This document shows positions 61,923 through 64,000 of a stretch of 64,000 nucleotides of DNA, piece after piece. Within the stretch, counting starts at the first letter, position 1, and every line of letters starts with the position of its first letter. The translations under genes were made by a program, and so were the position numbers. The notes below the pieces were generated by a model, which made no database searches, had not been told where the DNA came from, and saw only the letters and a list, made by a program, of their open reading frames with translations. Origin of the DNA: Candidatus Eiseniibacteriota bacterium (GTDB taxonomy: Bacteria; Eisenbacteria; RBG-16-71-46); contig CAVSAC010000012.1 of the NCBI GenBank assembly GCA_963725865.1, forward strand, positions 32,001 through 96,000, given 5' to 3'.

Positions 61923-63476
61923 TCAGCCCTTCGCCACGTACGCGCCCGGGAACTTCGCCAGGAACGCGATCGCGTGGCGCAGCTCGCGCTGGTCGAGCGC
62001 CTCGCCGATCTTGTGGGTGTTCTGCTCGATGCCGGTGCCCATGCCGAACATCGCGGCGTGGTGGTACGCGCCGGCGTCGATCCAGCGCTTGCTCGCCGGC
62101 ACGTCCAGCTCCGCGAGCGCCTTCGGCACCGGCCAGCCCACGCCGTCGGTCGAGAACACCCAGCGGTCGACGCGCGGCGCGCGCCGCAGCGAGCCGCCCT
62201 GCTCGCGCGGCTCCTCGACGTGCGGCGTGACGACCGCCTTCCACGCGTCGACGGCGGCCTGGATCGCGGGGTGCTGCTCGGGCGTGGCCCAGCCCATGTA
62301 GATCTGGGGATTGCCGGGCTTGAAGCCGCGCCAGGTGAGCTGGTCGTAGGTGGGCACGCCGATCTCGACCGCGAGCCCGGCGGCGCGCGCGGCCTTCACG
62401 CTGTCGAGCGCCTCGATCGTGGCGACCGCCATCTCGGGCGTCTCGCCGGCGGTGAGGCGGCGGTCGAAGCGGAACGTGAACGCCTCGGGCACCGCGCAGT
62501 CGCTCGGCGTGTCGAGGTGCGCCCACGACGCGGTGCGCGTGCCGCGCCCCAGGAACGCGTCGTCCAGCATGCCCGCGCCCTTCGCGTGCTGCTCGGCGGC
62601 CTCCTTCAGGATCGCGCCGCCGAACTCGAGCGGGTTCTTGCCCTCGTGCGGCATCGAGCCGTGGCACGACTTGCCGATCACCTTCACCTCGATCTGCATG
62701 CGCCCGCGCTGGCCGCGGTAGATGCCGAGCGCGCCCTTGCGCGAGTCGCCGGTCGAGTCGGTCAGGATCACCACGTCCGGGATCATCTCGGACGGAGCGC
62801 CGGGCAGCACGCGGCGCGTCAGATAGAGCGGGCCACCGCCGTCGTTGTCCTCTTCGGCGACGGTCGCGTACGAGCGCCAGATCACGCCGCGCAGCGCGCC
62901 CTCGCCGCGCAGCTCGTTCAGGATGCGCGAGGCGAACATCTGGCTCACGACGCCGCCGAGCTGGTCGGCGGAGCCGCGGCCGAACACGAGCTGGTCCCAC
63001 TCCGCGTCGGGCGGCAGGTAGCCGAGTTCGGTGCGCATCCAGTCGCGCTTGAGCTTCGCCGCGTCGACCAGCCCCAGGTAGGGATCGAGGCCGCCGGTCT
63101 TCTCGTGCCACTGCGTGCGCAGCGGCTTCACGGTGTCGCAGTGCCCGTCGAGGTAGACGACCTTCTTCTGTTCGCGCGGGATGCCGTCGGTCGGATCCTC
63201 GAGCGTCCACCACAGGTTGCCGAACGCGTCGACCCCGAGGTCCTCGGCGCCGGCGACCGCGCCGATCTCGAGCAGCGTGCGGCGCAGGTATTCGATGCGC
63301 GGCCCCTCGTGGTTGCTGAGGCCGCACTGCGGATCGCCGCCCTGCTCGACCGTGCGGTCGACGTGGTCGGCGGGGATGCGGATGGCCTCCTTCAGGACCT
63401 TCACCGCGAGCGGCAGGTCACGCGCGGCCAGCGCGGCGATGCGGGCGTCGAGCGCGGAAGGCGTCGCGGTGCTCAT
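61923..63476 (-). CDS. M20 family metallohydrolase, YgeY-like
   Basis: DAFGN, YLDGHCDTV, GRGSADQLGG, EEDNDG, YRGQRGR, G.SCHGSMP..G.N, WVFSTDGV. Confidence 0.82.
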   Translation of the reverse strand: MSTATPSALDARIAALAARDLPLAVKVLKEAIRIPADHVDRTVEQGGDPQCGLSNHEGPRIEYLRRTLLEIGAVAGAEDLGVDAFGNLWWTLEDPTDGIPREQKKVVYLDGHCDTVKPLRTQWHEKTGGLDPYLGLVDAAKLKRDWMRTELGYLPPDAEWDQLVFGRGSADQLGGVVSQMFASRILNELRGEGALRGVIWRSYATVAEEDNDGGGPLYLTRRVLPGAPSEMIPDVVILTDSTGDSRKGALGIYRGQRGRMQIEVKVIGKSCHGSMPHEGKNPLEFGGAILKEAAEQHAKGAGMLDDAFLGRGTRTASWAHLDTPSDCAVPEAFTFRFDRRLTAGETPEMAVATIEALDSVKAARAAGLAVEIGVPTYDQLTWRGFKPGNPQIYMGWATPEQHPAIQAAVDAWKAVVTPHVEEPREQGGSLRRAPRVDRWVFSTDGVGWPVPKALAELDVPASKRWIDAGAYHHAAMFGMGTGIEQNTHKIGEALDQRELRHAIAFLAKFPGAYVAKG

Positions 63477-64000
63477 CGCAGCGCCCCCTCGAGGCGCGCC
63501 GCGAGGTCCGGCAGCTTGGCCACCGCGAGCATCGCCATGACGACGTACATCTTCTTGTTCGCCTCGCGCGCCACGTTCACGCGGTGCTTGTCCATCACGC
63601 CGTGCGTGACCTCGTCGCCGATGTCGGCCGGCAGGCAGTGCAGGTACATCGCGTCGCCCCGCTGCGTCAGCGCCATGCGCCGCTCGTCGCAGATCCAGCT
63701 CTTGTACTTGGCATTGCGCTCCAGCGCGCGCTTCTCGATGTCGCCCATGCGGGCCTTGTCGCGGGCCTGGTTGGCCGCCACGCGCTCGAGCATCAGGTCG
63801 TACGGGCCCCACGATTTGGGGTAGACCGCGTGCGCGCCGCGGAACGCCTCGTCCATGTCGTCCACGATCCGGAACGAGCCGCCCGAGGCCGCGGCGTGGC
63901 GCGCCGCGGTCTGCATCGTGTCGTCCATCAGGCGATAGCCCGCGGGGTGCGCCAGCACCACCTCGGCGCCGTAGCGCGTCATCAGCATCGCGATGCCCTG
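63473..64000 (-). CDS. ygeW: Knotted carbamoyltransferase YgeW-like (5'-truncated by window edge)
   Basis: LAHPAGY.L, AVYPKSW, YLHCLPADI..EV, EANKK.YV; directly upstream of the YgeY-like gene. Confidence 0.78.
   Translation of the reverse strand, partial: QGIAMLMTRYGAEVVLAHPAGYRLMDDTMQTAARHAAASGGSFRIVDDMDEAFRGAHAVYPKSWGPYDLMLERVAANQARDKARMGDIEKRALERNAKYKSWICDERRMALTQRGDAMYLHCLPADIGDEVTHGVMDKHRVNVAREANKKMYVVMAMLAVAKLPDLAARLEGALR

Overview
Very GC-rich bacterial chromosomal segment. The abundant C-terminal FlgD-Ig/T9SS-like sorting domains suggest an FCB-group lineage such as Ca. Eisenbacteria (inference only). From left to right: the end of the alpha ribosomal operon (rpsD-rpoA-rplQ), a GHL10 hydrolase coupled to typA, a 1.6-kaa secreted sugar-dehydrogenase/PKD protein with nucleotide-identical internal repeats, a hybrid kinase with two response regulators, tRNA-Asn, a four-gene 2-oxoacid:ferredoxin oxidoreductase operon with a GltD-fused delta subunit, pfkA, anaerobic purine/pyrimidine catabolism genes (xdh, ssnA-like, PreT-PreA fusion, with ygeW/ygeY at the far end), an ECF sigma/Ser-Thr kinase cluster and many secreted proteins. 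The most unusual part is 44.5-56.3 kb. It holds two direct-repeat copies of a two-gene secreted cassette (GH-J-like propeller plus a long repeat beta-propeller protein) whose leader, N-terminal domain and right end are conserved while the interiors diverge. Host-gene fragments lie between the copies, orphan C-terminal sorting-domain pieces are stacked after copy B, and a low-GC ORF with an attC-like hairpin follows. About 11 single-base frameshifts, mostly insertions, lie beyond 30 kb and are probably read or assembly errors. No CRISPR array, integrase, transposase or reverse transcriptase was seen.
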